Shown in pieces: positions 38,029 to 51,600 of a stretch of DNA of 64,000 bases (positions are counted from its first letter, which is position 1; the number at the start of each line of letters is the position of its first letter). Location: assembly GCF_006345805.1 (NCBI RefSeq), contig NC_042998.1:82956001-83020000 (forward strand), written 5' to 3'. The position numbers and the translations under genes were made by a program. This stretch comes from Octopus sinensis. Lineage: Eukaryota. Below the pieces are notes generated by a model. The model saw nothing but the letters and a program-made list of their open reading frames with translations, did not search any database and was not told the origin of the DNA.

Positions 38029-40377
38029 ACCACTGTGTTCCACTGAGCAAGTGTTTCATTTCTGAGGTTTTAGTCAGAAATAAATGAATATCCTCTTGGA
38101 TAAGGTACCAATATAACACAAATATTTTTTTTTTTTTCATACAAGAAAAATTGAACTTGGAAGCCAAGAAATCTCTTACAAATTTGATAGTACCAATACT
38201 TCTATGCCCTTAGTTGATTTGCGAGAAAAATGAACCAGATCTTCCAGATCACTCCCAAACATCAAAAAAATAGGAAGAAGGTATTTGATAATGTAGTCCT
38301 TATTTAACCCCAAAATAGAAGACAGTAATTAGTTTGAATGCCTTTTGTCATAAATCTGCTTGATCAGAGTTGGCCTGGGAACTAAACAACAGCAACACAA
38401 ACAGCAACAACAAAAACGGCAATAAGAGCAAAGCTGTTATAACTTTGTGTATTAAATTATGCCACCTACTCAGATCTATTATATTATTATATAAAAATTT
38501 CAATGATTACTGAAAATTAAGTGCCTTGACCATTGACTGATGTGACAAAATGTTGACAGCAGGAATATAAACTATCTCAGTTTTTTAATACATAACTGAC
38601 TTTGCTAGTCACACTATTACGATTTTTTTCTTGTATCTCTAAATTTCTATTCAGTAGGTTGATAAATTATATTAATGACAAGTGTTTATATTGTGTTAGG
38701 TTTCTTGGTAGCTTGAAAGAAAATATCATAAAAACATTAAGAACAACAAAATTTATGATTTATTTGGTATTTCCCGTTACCTTAGTTATCAATAATAATA
38801 TAGTTAAAGTTTTGTTTCTAAACTGAAATAAATTCATAACAAAACACGAAATAAACTCTAAAAAGGGTTGTAATTTGAGTTTAAAGACATTATATAAAGT
38901 AGATTTATTTATTCTGAGACAAACACTGTTGCGTCATAAAACAAAAAATTGTCTTTGGGTTATTTTTGTGTGTACTACACTCCTGACAGTATAATAACAA
39001 TTAATTATTTCTAGAACTCTAATTGGAATTAGAGGATAAAGAGGATATGTTACTATACAGTATACAGAGATGCGGTGTTCAAATGATACAGGCAATGTCA
39101 TAACCATTTTTCCATCTTATATATATGTGTGTGTGTTGGCAGGTGAGAGTGTGTGTGAGCATGTGTATGAAGGTATTTGACCAAGTGGTTCAGGTGTTGC
39201 ACTCATGATCTAGCAAACATGAGTTCAATTCTCAGACTAAGCAGCACATTGTGTTCTTGAGCAAAACACTTCATTTCACATTGCTGCAGTCCACTCAGCT
39301 GTAAAACCCTGAGATGGAAGAGCCTTCCAATCAGGGATGGAGGATGTTGTCCTGCTTGCCAAGCCAGTGGGGTGGCATCATTCGAAAGCTAAAACAATGC
39401 AAAGCGCATTGTGACCAGTGATGTATAACAACATCTGATTGTGTGGTTGATCATGTGATCACATGATATATGTAATACCATATCTTGATACTGTGTGGGT
39501 GGAGATCCTTGTTGACTGGCCATAGATTTATTGAGGAAAGAAGTCATAATTCTACAAGAACCAATTCTGAACACTTTGAAACCTAAACCATTCTGAGATA
39601 CTTGTGCAAGTGGATGAAAAACAAAACTGACTTTGCTGGGAATTGAACTCAGAATGCCAAGAGTTGAAAAAATGCCTCAAAGCATTTTGTCTAAAATGCT
39701 AATGATTCTTCCAACCCACTACCTTAAATATTTCCTAACAATATATAAATACATAGAGTAGCCATGTATCTCCTCTACTAACCGGTTCCTATCTCTCTTT
39801 CACCGTTCTTAGATTCTTATTCACATGTTAAGATCTTATTATCATAAAGTCATTGTCATCATTATAATGCTCACTTTTACATGCTGGTATGCAATGTTTT
39901 ATGACCCATTGCCCTTCCTGCAGGTGACATTTTTAGTTATATCTTAGAACAGTCAGGGTTCATTTAATCTGAAACCATGATACATGCTGTGAAACACACT
40001 ATCTTAAAATAAGTTAAAAATGCACAAGTTAAACTGGGGGAACAAGAGATGGACAGTTGGACAAGGTGAGAGGTCACAACAGGTGGACAAATGTTCAAAG
40101 GTAAGGAGCAAAATGAAACACAAAAAAAAAACATAATAGCAAAAAAAGCTGTTCTCAGTAAATTGTAGACCATAAAAAGGAAAAGGAAAAGAAGCAGACT
40201 GATGTTGTTTCAAGTGAGTGCTGGTGGTATGTAAAAAGCACCCACTACACTCTCAGAGTGGCTGGTGTTGGGAAGGGCATCAAGCTGTAGAAACTTTGCC
40301 AGATTAGATTTGAGCCTAGTGCAGCTGCTGGCTCTCTAGACCTGTCAAACCATCCTACCTATGCCAGCATGGAAACG

Positions 40378-40800
40378 ATGGTAGTGGTGGCGGTGGCGGC
40401 GGCGGCGGCGGTGGCGGCGGCGGCGGCGGTGGCGGCGGCGGTGGTGATGATGATGAGAGGAGGGGGGTGGGGAGGAGGAGGGGAGGGGAGGGGGAGGAGG
40501 AGGGTGGTGGGGTGGAGGAGGAGGAAGTGGAGGAAGAGGTGGAAGTGGAGGAAGAGGTGGAAGTGGATGAAGAGGGGAGGGGGAAGGAGGAGGAGGAGGA
40601 GGAGGAGGAGGAAGTGGACGAAGTGGAGGAAGAGGAAGTGGAGGAGGAAGTGGAGGAGGGGGAAGGAGGAGAGGAGCAGGGGAGGAGGAGGAAGTGGACG
40701 AGGAGGAGGAGGAAGTGGACGAGGCGAGGGGAGGAGGAGGCGGAAGGAGGATGGGAGGAAGTGGACGAGGGGAGGGGAGGGGGAGGAGGAGGACAAATGA
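40378..40800. repeat. G/purine-rich (GGA/GGC/GTG) low-complexity tract
   Basis: Strong strand asymmetry; mostly G/A on + from 40455. Confidence 0.9.
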
Positions 40801-43439
40801 TGTTTGAGATACACCGTGCCAGAAATTAAGATAGGATGGTCACAGTTGGAATGTATTTAATGATAAATCTACTTGATCAGGCATGACCTGAGGCTAAACA
40901 GTATCAACAACCACAACCACATGCTTAGTTCTGCTGTTGACACATAATAATGCAATATGAATGTATTAACATGAAATGTAATAACGTGTCGCTTGTCTTT
41001 CCCAGTTTCTCACAGTGTAATACTCGAGATTTATTATTGTTTTAGGCAAATTTTGTTATCAAATTCAAACTAAATAATACAATTATTTTTCCCAAAAGTA
41101 GAAAATTAAATAAAAATTTGTGTATGTGTATTCAATATTTTTCTGAAACATACAGAAAGCAGATTAAAACAGATTAAACCTAGTGAGAAACCAGAGAACA
41201 TTTTAAATGATATAACTTTAAGGATAAACAAAATTTCTTTTCAGTCACATTACTAAAATAGTTATCTTTTGACAGTGCTTAAAGTAATATGAATGCAATT
41301 CCTCATTATCATCATCATCATCATCATCATCATTGTCATCATCATCATCATCACCATCATCATCATCGTTTAACGTCCGTTTTCCATGCTGGCATGGGTC
41401 GGACGGTTTGACTGAGGTCTGGAGAACCAGTGGCTGAACCAGGCTCCAATCTGATCTGGCAAGATTACTACAGCTGGATGTCCTTCCTAACGCCAACCAC
41501 TCTGAGAGTGTAGTGGGTGCTTTTTATGTGCCACTAGCACAGAAGCCAGTCAGACAGGCCTGGCATCAACAACATTCAGATGGTGATTTTTACATGCTGC
41601 CAGCACAGGAGCCAGTCAAAGGGCACCTGGCGACAGCTGTGTTTGGATGGTGCTTTTTACATGCCACCAGCATGGGAACAAGTCCAACATGCTAACGAGT
41701 CATCCAGCTCACTGCCTTAAATAATTTCCTAACAATATATAAATGCAAGGAGTAGCCATGTATCTCCTCTACATCAAGATACCTGTTCCTATCTTTCTTT
41801 CACACTTTAGCCTTTCAACACCTGGCACAAAATAACCTCTGCCAAAGTTGTATCCACCACATACACACATACACACACATGCACAAACATGCACACACAC
41901 AAACACACACACACACAAATACAATACACCCACACACAAACACATACATACACAAACATACACACACACAAATATACACACACACAAACACAACACACAC
42001 ACAAATACAACACACACACACGAACACATACATACACAAACATACACACAAATATACACACACACAAACACAACACACACACACAAACATACATACATAT
42101 ACACACACACACACACACATACACACACTCTCTGTCAAGGGTGTTGTCATGTCAGCTACCTGATGACCTCAGTAGTTCTGGTGCCAAAGAAAAAAGTACT
42201 TTGTACACTCTGTAAATGGGTTGGCATTAGGAAGGGCATCCTGCTGTAGAAACTTTGCCAATGAAGACATTGGAGACTAGTGCAGTCTTCTGGGCAATGG
42301 GATCCTGTCAAACCATTCAACCTGTGCCAGCATAGAATACAGAGGTTTAGTTATGATGATGATGATTAGTCCACATGACCCCTATAAGGAGCATAGGGTC
42401 AGTTTCCAGGTTTTCCTGGTGTGTATATACCTCCCTGGATGGGATGCCAGTCCATCACTGGATTACTCATCATTGCCAGCCAAGTGGACTGAAGCAATGT
42501 GGGATGAAGTGCTTTGCTCAACAACACAATGCACCACCCAGTCCAGGGATCAAAACCACAATCTAATGATCATGGGTCCAATAACCCTAATCACAAAGCC
42601 ATGCACCCCCACAATTACGGTGACGATGATGATGTAATCCTTTCATCATCATTATCATCATCATTTAACATCTGTTGTCCATGCTGGCATGGGTTGGACA
42701 GTTTGACCAGGGCTGGCAAGCTGGGAGGCTGCACCAGACTCCAGTCTGATTTGGCATGGTTTTCTATGATTGGATGCTCTTCCTAATGCCAACCACTCCA
42801 AGAGTGTAATGGGTGCATGACACCAGGGTGCTTTTATGAGCCACCAGCACAGGTGCCAATTTGCATGACACCAGTATCTGCTATTACTGTGAATTTGCAT
42901 GGCTTGATGGGTCTTCTTCTCAAGCATGACATAATGCCAAAGGTCTTGGTCATTGCCTCTGTGTGGCCCAATACTCAAAAGGAACTCAGCCACCTCACCT
43001 CTTTTATTAGATGTAATCAGTTAATGTACATCAGCTATGTGAGGTGACAACAACCTAAATCATAAACCCTTAATAAATGGCTCTCTGCCAATTTCAATGA
43101 TGAGGGTTCGGTAGTCTGACAAACTGAATTACTAAACTCATTGAATTAGTAGTGTATATATGAGCTGAGTATCCCACAGATACAAGTACGGTTAACATAA
43201 TTCTCAGAGTGACAAGGCTGTACCTTCGTATTACAGGCAAAATCCATCTGACAGGCTTCCACACAGTTTCCATCTACCCACTTTCACTTACAAGTCCTGC
43301 ATTGAGTCAAGGTATTGGTAAAAGATATATGTTTATGATGCGTAACAGTAGGATTGAACCCAGGACAGCATGATTGCAAAGCAAACTTCTCAACCATTCA
43401 GCCAATCTTTGTTTATGACTTGTCAATTATACAGCTTAA

Positions 43440-43661
43440 TTCTTTCAATACCAACCTAGCTGAAACTGCTTCTGGCTCTGTAGTACAAATGTCTTGCTTT
43501 CATAAGTTTTGAATTAAAATCTTCCATCAAACCTTAGTCACAATTTATGTTTCTAACACTAGCTGGATGATAACTAAGTTATTTTACTGAATTCTTTGTT
43601 ATATTTAAAATTAATTGAAAGAAACACAGAACATCTCAAAATAAATATGGTAATGAAAGGG
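43440..43661. mobile_element. piggyBac-like MITE
   Basis: TTAA at 43436-43439 and 43662-43665; homologous to 12284 and 17832. Confidence 0.75.
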
Positions 43662-43699
43662 TTAATGTTATAATTTTTAACAAATTCAACCAACAACAG

Positions 43700-43802
43700 C
43701 TTCAGTTTGAAATAAATATAACAAAGACTTTTGAAAGGTCCACAGGGGAAAACCTAACAAATGATAAAATTACACCAATGACTTTGTCTTCCTTTTTCAC
43801 TG
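43700..43802 (+). CDS. Candidate small gene, coding exon 3 (LQFEINITKTFERSTGENLTNDKITPMTLSSFFT)
   Basis: Branch-like tttttaac ~20 nt upstream of caacAG|; open frame starting phase 0, ending phase 1; donor cactg|GTAAAA. Confidence 0.5.
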
Positions 43803-44269
43803 GTAAAAATATTATTACCAGCTTCCCCAGGGGGAATAAGAACAAAATTGACACATGCAGTAATAAATTCAGATAAAACAAACAATTATTTCTTTCAACA
43901 ATTTTGTAAAAAGATACACTTGAACTGCCCTCAGTGTATCACTGGTACATATTGAGTTTTAAACAAACACCATAATTCACTTCAGTTTGGTACAAAGAAT
44001 AAAAACCACGAAGAAGCAAACCATGGCTATTCCAATCACCTGATTAAATTATGGGATCTCAGCTAAAAAGGAAGTGTTTTATATGGTCACTTGACCTGCC
44101 AGAAGCAGTAACCAAATCACCCTTAAACTACATTCTTCCATCTTTAAAAAAATGTAGCAGGTGTTTGATAATGTTTTGTTTTTTGTTTTTTTTATTATTA
44201 TTTTTTTTTGTATTCTGTGAATACCACTAACGAAACAAGGTGGTTCTAGCTGGAACATGAATGATCATA

Positions 44270-44610
44270 GATCTTCTCTTCTTCTTCTTCTTAGGCCTCT
44301 TGATTCCTCAGGGAACACAGCCACAACAACATTTTTCCAATGGACACGGTTCTGGAAGATCCTCTTCAGCTCGGCCGTCATCATTCTGGCTGCCCTCACC
44401 TCTGCATCAACACTCCTGCACCAAAACTGTTATGGTCGGCCCACTTTTCACTTCCTCTGTGAGTTCCAGTCAAGGGCCTGCTCTGTGACAGGCTTTCGTA
44501 GCATGTGGCCTATCCATCCCCATTTTCTTGTCTTTATATTTGTCTCGATTGAGGCTTGTCTTGTCCTGTTCCACTGTTGTTCATTGAAGATGTCCTATGG
44601 CCACGTACAC
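44270..44610 (-). mobile_element. RTE-type LINE 3' fragment (different subfamily)
   Basis: Minus strand GHMLRKPVTEQALDWNSQRK.KVGRP; (AAG)n tail. Confidence 0.65.
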
Positions 44611-45075
44611 ACAACTTTATATTTGTGAGACCAACACATGTAACAAATAAGCCATATTGGATAGAATAATGCTTTCAAAGACATTCTAGGTTCAAGGACA
44701 GCACTTCACACACACACCACACACACACACACAACCACCACCACCACCACCCCCATCGTCGTTTAACATCTGCTTTCCATGCTGGCATGGGTTGGATGGT
44801 TTGACCAAGAGCTGGCAAGGCAGAAGGCTGCACCAGGCTCTAGCCTGATCTGGGAAAGTTTCTACAGCTTGATGCCCTTCCTAATGCCAACCACTCCGAG
44901 AGTGTAATGGGTGCTTTTTACATGACACTAGCATGAAAGCCAGTCAAGCTGTACTGACACTGGCCATGCTTGAATGGTGCTTTTTACATGCCACTGGCAC
45001 AGGAGCCAGTCAGGCGGCACTGGCAATGACCATGCTCGAATGGTACTTTTTAGATACCACCAGCATGGGAGCCAG

Positions 45076-45690
45076 TCATATATATATATAAATTTGACAT
45101 GGGTGATTTTTCCTTGTCTTGGGGTTCATAGTCAAACAGCAGGGTGGAACTGCATAAAAAATTACACAAATGTGTAGAATGATCCGGTGATGATGCTGGG
45201 TTTTGTATATTTTTTATAGCTCTCATGATTACCAAGATGATTGACTATAATAACACTCTTGTGTTTATGGATGAGAAAAGAAGAGGTGATAGATGAATAA
45301 AGAAGGAAGGGGTATGTCATACTTGATAGTGGGATGATGAAAATTGTATGCTGAAAAAAAATAAATGAAACAGCATTTCAACTCTGATTGAATATATGTG
45401 TGTGTATGCAAAAGGAGGTATGTGAATGTATGTGTGTGTGTGTGCGCGCGCAATGGAAGTGGGATGGTTCATCTATGTTTGCTTAGTATTTGGGTTTATT
45501 TTTTGATTTGGTTGAATCTTGGTTGTCTTTTTTTTTTGTCGGTCAGTTACTTTTAGCGTTTTGATAGAAAAAAGTCATTCTAAAATTGTTTTTTAACGTA
45601 AGCATGCCCAAACAAGTCGAATGCTTACACAGAGTAGGTTTTACAGTCACATCATCCAAACCAACCAGGTGAAACCAGGCTTAGCTGCTA

Positions 45691-45691
<1 letters not shown>
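45076..45691 (+). mobile_element. Non-autonomous Helitron (degenerate)
   Basis: 5' TCATATATATATATAAA; 3' ccaggtgaaaccagg-cttagctgCTAG|T followed by (TA)n. Confidence 0.55.
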
Positions 45692-45742
<51 letters not shown>

Positions 45743-45751
45743 AAGTACACG

Positions 45752-45923
45752 CGTCACTAAAGTGACTAAGGGTGCTAGTTAGTACCAGCATCACTGGATG
45801 CTGTAGGGAGCTTGCTTTCCTTATCAGTCATAAGATAAGTGCTTTCTTGTGGCTATGAATTATTTTGACTCTTATTTCTAGCAATGCTGGTGCTGAATAG
45901 TACTATTAGTTACTTTAGTGACG
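45752..45923. mobile_element. Small MITE with 18-bp TIR
   Basis: cgtcactaaagtgactaa / ttagttactttagtgacg, plus subterminal agtaccagcat / atgctggtgct. Confidence 0.7.
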
Positions 45924-45939
45924 TCTATATTTCTGCCTT

Positions 45940-46802
45940 TCAGTTGCGAACTGTGAATCGTGTTGTCATAGGAGAGAAATGTGTCCGAATGGATGACTCA
46001 CCTGCATTTAATGATGCTGCAAAATGAGAAACTTGAAGATGCCACTATGAAAGGTTGCTAAATGAAGAGAATGAATGGGAGAAAGAAAGTCTGCTAAAAG
46101 TCAACCCAACAGATGGACCAGCTGTCCAAATTGACAGTACGTTGATAGATAAAGCAATTAATTAAGGGTATGAAGACAGAAAAAGCCCCCAGCTCATCAG
46201 GAATCCCTGCTGAGAAGCTTAAAATATCTGGCGGTGTAGGCTATAGTCTAGTCACCTGTATAGTCAACCAGGTGATACAACGACTGGTGTAGCAACACCA
46301 CAGTCAACTGCTACAAAGGTAAAAGTAGTGCCTTAGATAGTAATAATTATAGAGGTATCAATTTGTTGGGTCAGGCAATGAAACTCACGGAGAGGGTCAT
46401 AGCCCAACTAATTAGGGAGAGAGTTAGTTTAGATGAGATGCAGTTTGGGTTTGTGCCAGAGAGAAGCTCTACTGATGCCATATTTCTGGTAAGACAGCTG
46501 CAGGAGAAATACCTAGCCAAAGATAAACCTCTGTACTTGGCTTTTGTTGACAAGGAGAAAGTCTTTGACAGGTCCCCTGATTCCTTGTCTGGTGGTCAAT
46601 GCAGAAACTAGGGATAGATGAGTGGTTGGTGAGAGCTGTACAAGCTATGTACAGGGATGCTAACAGTAAGGTGAGGGCTAGCAATGAGTATAGTGAAGAA
46701 TTCAGGGTAGAAGTAGGGGTCCATCAAGGATCAGTCCTCAGCCTTTTCTTGTTCACGATAGTCTTCCAAGTAATAACAGAGGAATTCATGACAAGCTGCC
46801 CC
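45940..46802 (+). mobile_element. RTE LINE internal RT fragment
   Basis: NYRGINLL, MQFGFVP, AFVDKEKVFDR, GVHQGSVLS; abuts an oppositely oriented RTE piece (46803-46990). Confidence 0.85.
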
Positions 46803-46986
46803 TCAAGGGGCTGGTTATGCAAAACTGGTGTAGGATACAGCTGTGAACTCACTTTATTTGCCGGGTCTTCGCAGTTACAGCATATCTCCAGAGGTCTCAG
46901 CCTTTTGTCATTGCCTCTGTGAGGCCCAACGTTCAGAGGTCAAGCTTCACCATCTCATCCCATGTCTTCCTGGATCTACCTCTACT

Positions 46987-47028
<42 letters not shown>

Positions 47029-47544
47029 GTAATACGAAAAAGTAAGGGCTAGTCTCTTCACTGATTATTTGAGAGTACCAAATAAGCCATTCTCAACGGA
47101 AAATAAGTAACAACAGTATAGTACAAGTTTGCAGTTTGTTGTAGTATCAGAATAATGATCAAAATATTATGAACATTATAAGTGCTAAATAATTAGAATA
47201 GCTGGATATGTGATGAATGAGGTTTGTTTTAGTTCTGCTTCACTTCTTTTATTATGATTAATCAAGTAGTTAACCTATTAACTAATCGATTGTTTGACAA
47301 ATCATTTGATCTGTCAATCAATCAGTGAGGTTAGTCAAAGTCCTTATGTTACAACTTGCAACCACTTCAGTGATATGCCCTTTCTTTTCCGTGTCAATTT
47401 CAGATCTCAGGCAACTAGTTAATTGGCTAGTTGACCAAATAAGTAATCAAACAATTGATCAGTTAATTGGTTAAGTAAACAACAAATAATAATAAAAGAA
47501 GGGAAGTAGAACCAACACGTGTTTATTATTAATGATCTTCAAAA

Positions 47545-47985
47545 GGCAGCAAGCTGGCAGAAATGTTAGCACACCAGGCGAAATGCTTAGCAGTATTTCG
47601 TCTGTCTTTACATTCTGAGTTCAAATACCACCTAGGTCAACTTTGCCTTTCATCCTTTCGGGGGTCAATAAATTAAATACCAGTTGCATACTGGGGTTGA
47701 AATGATCGACAGGCCTTCTCTCGCAAAATTTTGGGTCTTGTGCCTAGAGTAGAAGAGAATATTTAATTTTTTCATGTGGCAAGCTGGCAGAAACGTTAGC
47801 ATGCCAGGCAAAATGCTTAGCGGTATTTCGTGTCTTTACGTTCTGAGTTCAAATACCACCAAGGCTGACTTTGCCTTTCATCCTTTTGGGGTCAATAAAT
47901 TAAATACCAGTTGCATACTGGGGTTGATCTGATTGACTGGTCCCCTCCCCCAAAATTTCAGGCCTTGTGACTAGAGTAGAAAAGA
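47545..47985 (+). mobile_element. Two head-to-tail SINE family B copies
   Basis: Near-identical ~210-bp units separated by ~17 bp. Confidence 0.8.
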
Positions 47986-50719
47986 TTAATGATCTTCATG
48001 AGTTTCAACAAAATCAATTTTATCCATTTGTTGTTTTGTTTCCATTTACTAATGCTTCAATTCATTCGACCAGTGACAGGTTGCACAAATCCTGAGCCAG
48101 ACTTGAACTTAGAAACTTTATTTTTATATAAAGAGTATCAGCCTGCTGATTCACTAAGTCTTGAGTACAATTATTTGCATGTTTGTAAGAAATTTAAGAC
48201 CATTTATTCAATAATGGCTACAAATTTGAGGTGAAGTTAGTGCTAAACTTACTGATTGAGTCATCATGAAATATTATACGTAGTGTTTCATTGATTTTCT
48301 GAAGTCTCTATTGTAGTTGTTGCCTATATTCGAAATTTCCATCCATAAAAATTTATAATTGTGTGCCACCTGACTGCTCCCATTCCAGTGGTATGTAAAA
48401 AGCACCATTCAAGTGTGATCGTTGCCAGTGCCACCTGACTGTTGGTGGCACGTAAAAAGCACTATCTGAGCATGGTCAACGCCAGTGCCAGCTGACTGGT
48501 CCTGGGCCCATGGCACATAAAAAGCATCATTCGAGCAGGGTTGTTGCCAGTGCTGCCTGACTGGCCCTCATGCCGGTGGCACATAAAAAGCACCCACTAC
48601 ACTCTCGGAGTGGTCGGCATTAGGAAGGGCATCCAGCTGTAGAAACTTTGCCAGATCAGATTGGAGCCTGGTACAGCCTACTGGCTTGCCAGCCCTCGGT
48701 CAAACCGTCCAACCCATGCCAGCATGGAGAGCAGACGTTAAGCGATGACGATGATGATGATAATGGTTGAGAAGCTTAGCTCCCAACTACATTGTCTGGG
48801 GCTCGCTACTGCTGTGCAGCACCTTGGGCAAATGTGTTTTAGCATAGCCCTGAGCTGACCAGAGCCTTGTGAGTAGATTTGGTAGAGAAAAACTGAAAAG
48901 AAACCCGTCATATGTATGTGTACATGCATGTGTGTGTGTGTGTGTGTGTCATACATCCATTCGTCCCCATCTAAGCCTTGACATCACATGATGGTTGTCA
49001 ACAAGTGTCACCAACACACAGATGATGATGTTCATTTCCAGTCTTTCATGAAAAACATAATTGATCATGGAGAAATATTGGTTTTAAATTTTGGCACAAG
49101 GTCAGAAATTTTGTGAGGAGAAGTCAAGTCAATTACATCAACACCAGTGCACAGCTGGTACTTATTTAATCAATGCTGAAAGACTGAAGGGCAGAGCCAA
49201 CCTTAGTGGAATTTGAACTCAGAACAATAAGACAGAGGAAATGCTGCTAAGCAGCGTGCTAATGATTCTTCCAGCTCACTGCCTTAAACCATGGAGAAAT
49301 ATTATCTTGCTTGTAAACAGATGAGGGTTGGTAACTGGAAGGGCACTCAGTCATAGAAAATCTACCTCAACAAATTTCATTTGATCCACACAATCATGGA
49401 AAATCCGATGTTAAATCATCAACATCACCATCATCATGATTGTTTAACATCCATCTTCTATGCATGGATGGGTAGGATGGATGGGTAGGATGGATGACAG
49501 GAGCTGGCCAGATACAAAAACTACTCTAGGCTACTGTGTCTGTTTTGGCAAGGTTTTTATGGTTGGATGCCCTTCCTAACATCAATCACTGGACTCAGTG
49601 CTTTTTACATGGCACTAACGCAGGCAAAGATAGTTTTAGCATAATTTTCACAGCTGGATGCCCTACCAAATGCCAACCATTTTACAGTGTGGACTGGATG
49701 GCTGCACCAGCCTCCAGCCTGATTTGGCATGGTTTTCTATGGCTGGATGCCCTTCCTAAAGGCAATCACTTGAAGGGTATAACATGTGTTTTTATGTACC
49801 ACCAGTACGGGTGCTATTTGTGTGACACCAGGGTGCATTTATGTGCCACCGGCATGGATGCCAATTTGCATGACCCCAGTATCTTCCACAACTGCGATTT
49901 TGTTCAGCTTGATGGGTCTTCTTCTCAAGCACAACCTAATGCCAAAGTTCTTGGTCATTGCCTCTGTGAGGCCCAACACTTGAAAGGAACTCAACCACTT
50001 TGCTTCCAATGGCCTTCCACACAGCTTCCATTAACTAAATTCTCTCATAAGGCATTGGTCAGTCCCGGGTGATATTAGAAAACACTTGCCCAAGATGTCA
50101 CACATTCGGATTGAATCCAAAACCACATGGTTACAAAACAAGCATCTTAACCACACAGCTATGCTTGCACCTGTTAAATATTCTGAGGTTTTTGTGTGTT
50201 GTTTCCAGGTTTTTTGGGGGTTTTTTTGACCAGACGCTGCAAATAAGATTGAGTCACAACAGAAGCCCACAAAAAACTCTAATATAAAATGATAAAATAG
50301 CAAAATCAGAACTGTCTAAACCAATGGCATGAGAAAAGAAATTATTAACTGTATTGGGATTAAATTTCAATTATAGATAAAGAACAGCTGGAAAATCAAA
50401 GCAATACATATAGTACTTATTAATAATCCAATCAGTCTAGTCTGGCACTGTTTTCAGCTCAATCTGGTTGCCATTACAGGCAACTTCTGCTTTAATATCC
50501 TACAGGCATGCTAATAACTGTGCATATATCAGTGACTTAGTAGAATTCAAGATTAATATCCATAATTTTGAAATATATGTTTCAAGTAGGAAGCGGATGT
50601 CTGGGAACAGGACACTAGATATTGATAAGAATAATTAATGAAATAAAACTTCAGTGTTTCGCAGTACCATATACATATATATTTACATTTATCAGGTATG
50701 TACAAAAATAGACACCCTT

Positions 50720-51590
50720 AAATGTCAGCGGGGTCCTTAGAAGTAGTAAACAGTTTCTGTTACTTAGTAGGTGACCAATTTAGTACATGGTGGAGGTTGT
50801 TTCAAAAGTATAGCTGCTAGAATAAGAATAGGCTGGGCAAAGTTCAGAGAGCTACTTACTACCTCTGTTCGTAATCAAGGGCATCCCTCTCAGAGTGAAA
50901 GGTAGATTGTATGATGCTTGTGTACAAACAGCTATGCTACATGGCAGTGACACGTGGGCTGTGACTACTGAGGATATGTGAAGGCTTGAAGGAAATAAAG
51001 CCAGTATTCTCTGCTGGATGGGTAATGTCAGTGTGCATATATGAGTTTAAGTGATTTGAGAGAAAAACTGGGTATGTGAGGTATCAGATGTGGTGTGCAA
51101 GAGAGAAGACTCTGCTAGTATGGTCATGTAATGAGTATGAATGAAGACACTTGCATCAAGAGGTGCTGATATCTAATTGTGGAGGGAACATGTAAAAGGA
51201 GTAGACCTAGGAAGATGTAGAATGAAGTGGTGAGAAAGGATCTACAGATGTTGGGACTCACAAAGGGGATGACAGGGGACTGAGACTCTTGGTGGTTGCT
51301 GTGCTTGAAAAGACATGTCAAGTTAAGTAAAAGCATGGTTGTATTGCTTGCATACAGGCATGGACCCTGTATTCTTCACCGGCTGAGCATTCCAAATCTT
51401 TTGGGCTCGTAGAAGCTGGTGCCATGTGAATGCATCTTGTACACTCTGTAAAGTGGTTGACATTAGGAAGGGATCCAACCACAGAAACCATAAGGAGCCT
51501 GGGTAGCTCCTCAGTTGACCAGCTCCTGTTAAACCATCCAACCCATACCAGCTTGGAAAACGGATGTTAAATGAAGATGATAATGATGTG
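50720..51590 (+). mobile_element. Truncated RTE LINE
   Basis: ORF2 C-terminal homology (…gctatgctacatggcagtgacacgtggg…) and (GAT) tail. Confidence 0.75.
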
Positions 51591-51600
51591 TGTGTGTGTT

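Noticed and set aside
46803-46990. Twin-priming 5' inversion
   Set aside because: The junction is 3'-to-3', whereas twin priming gives a 5'-to-5' junction with a distal tail.
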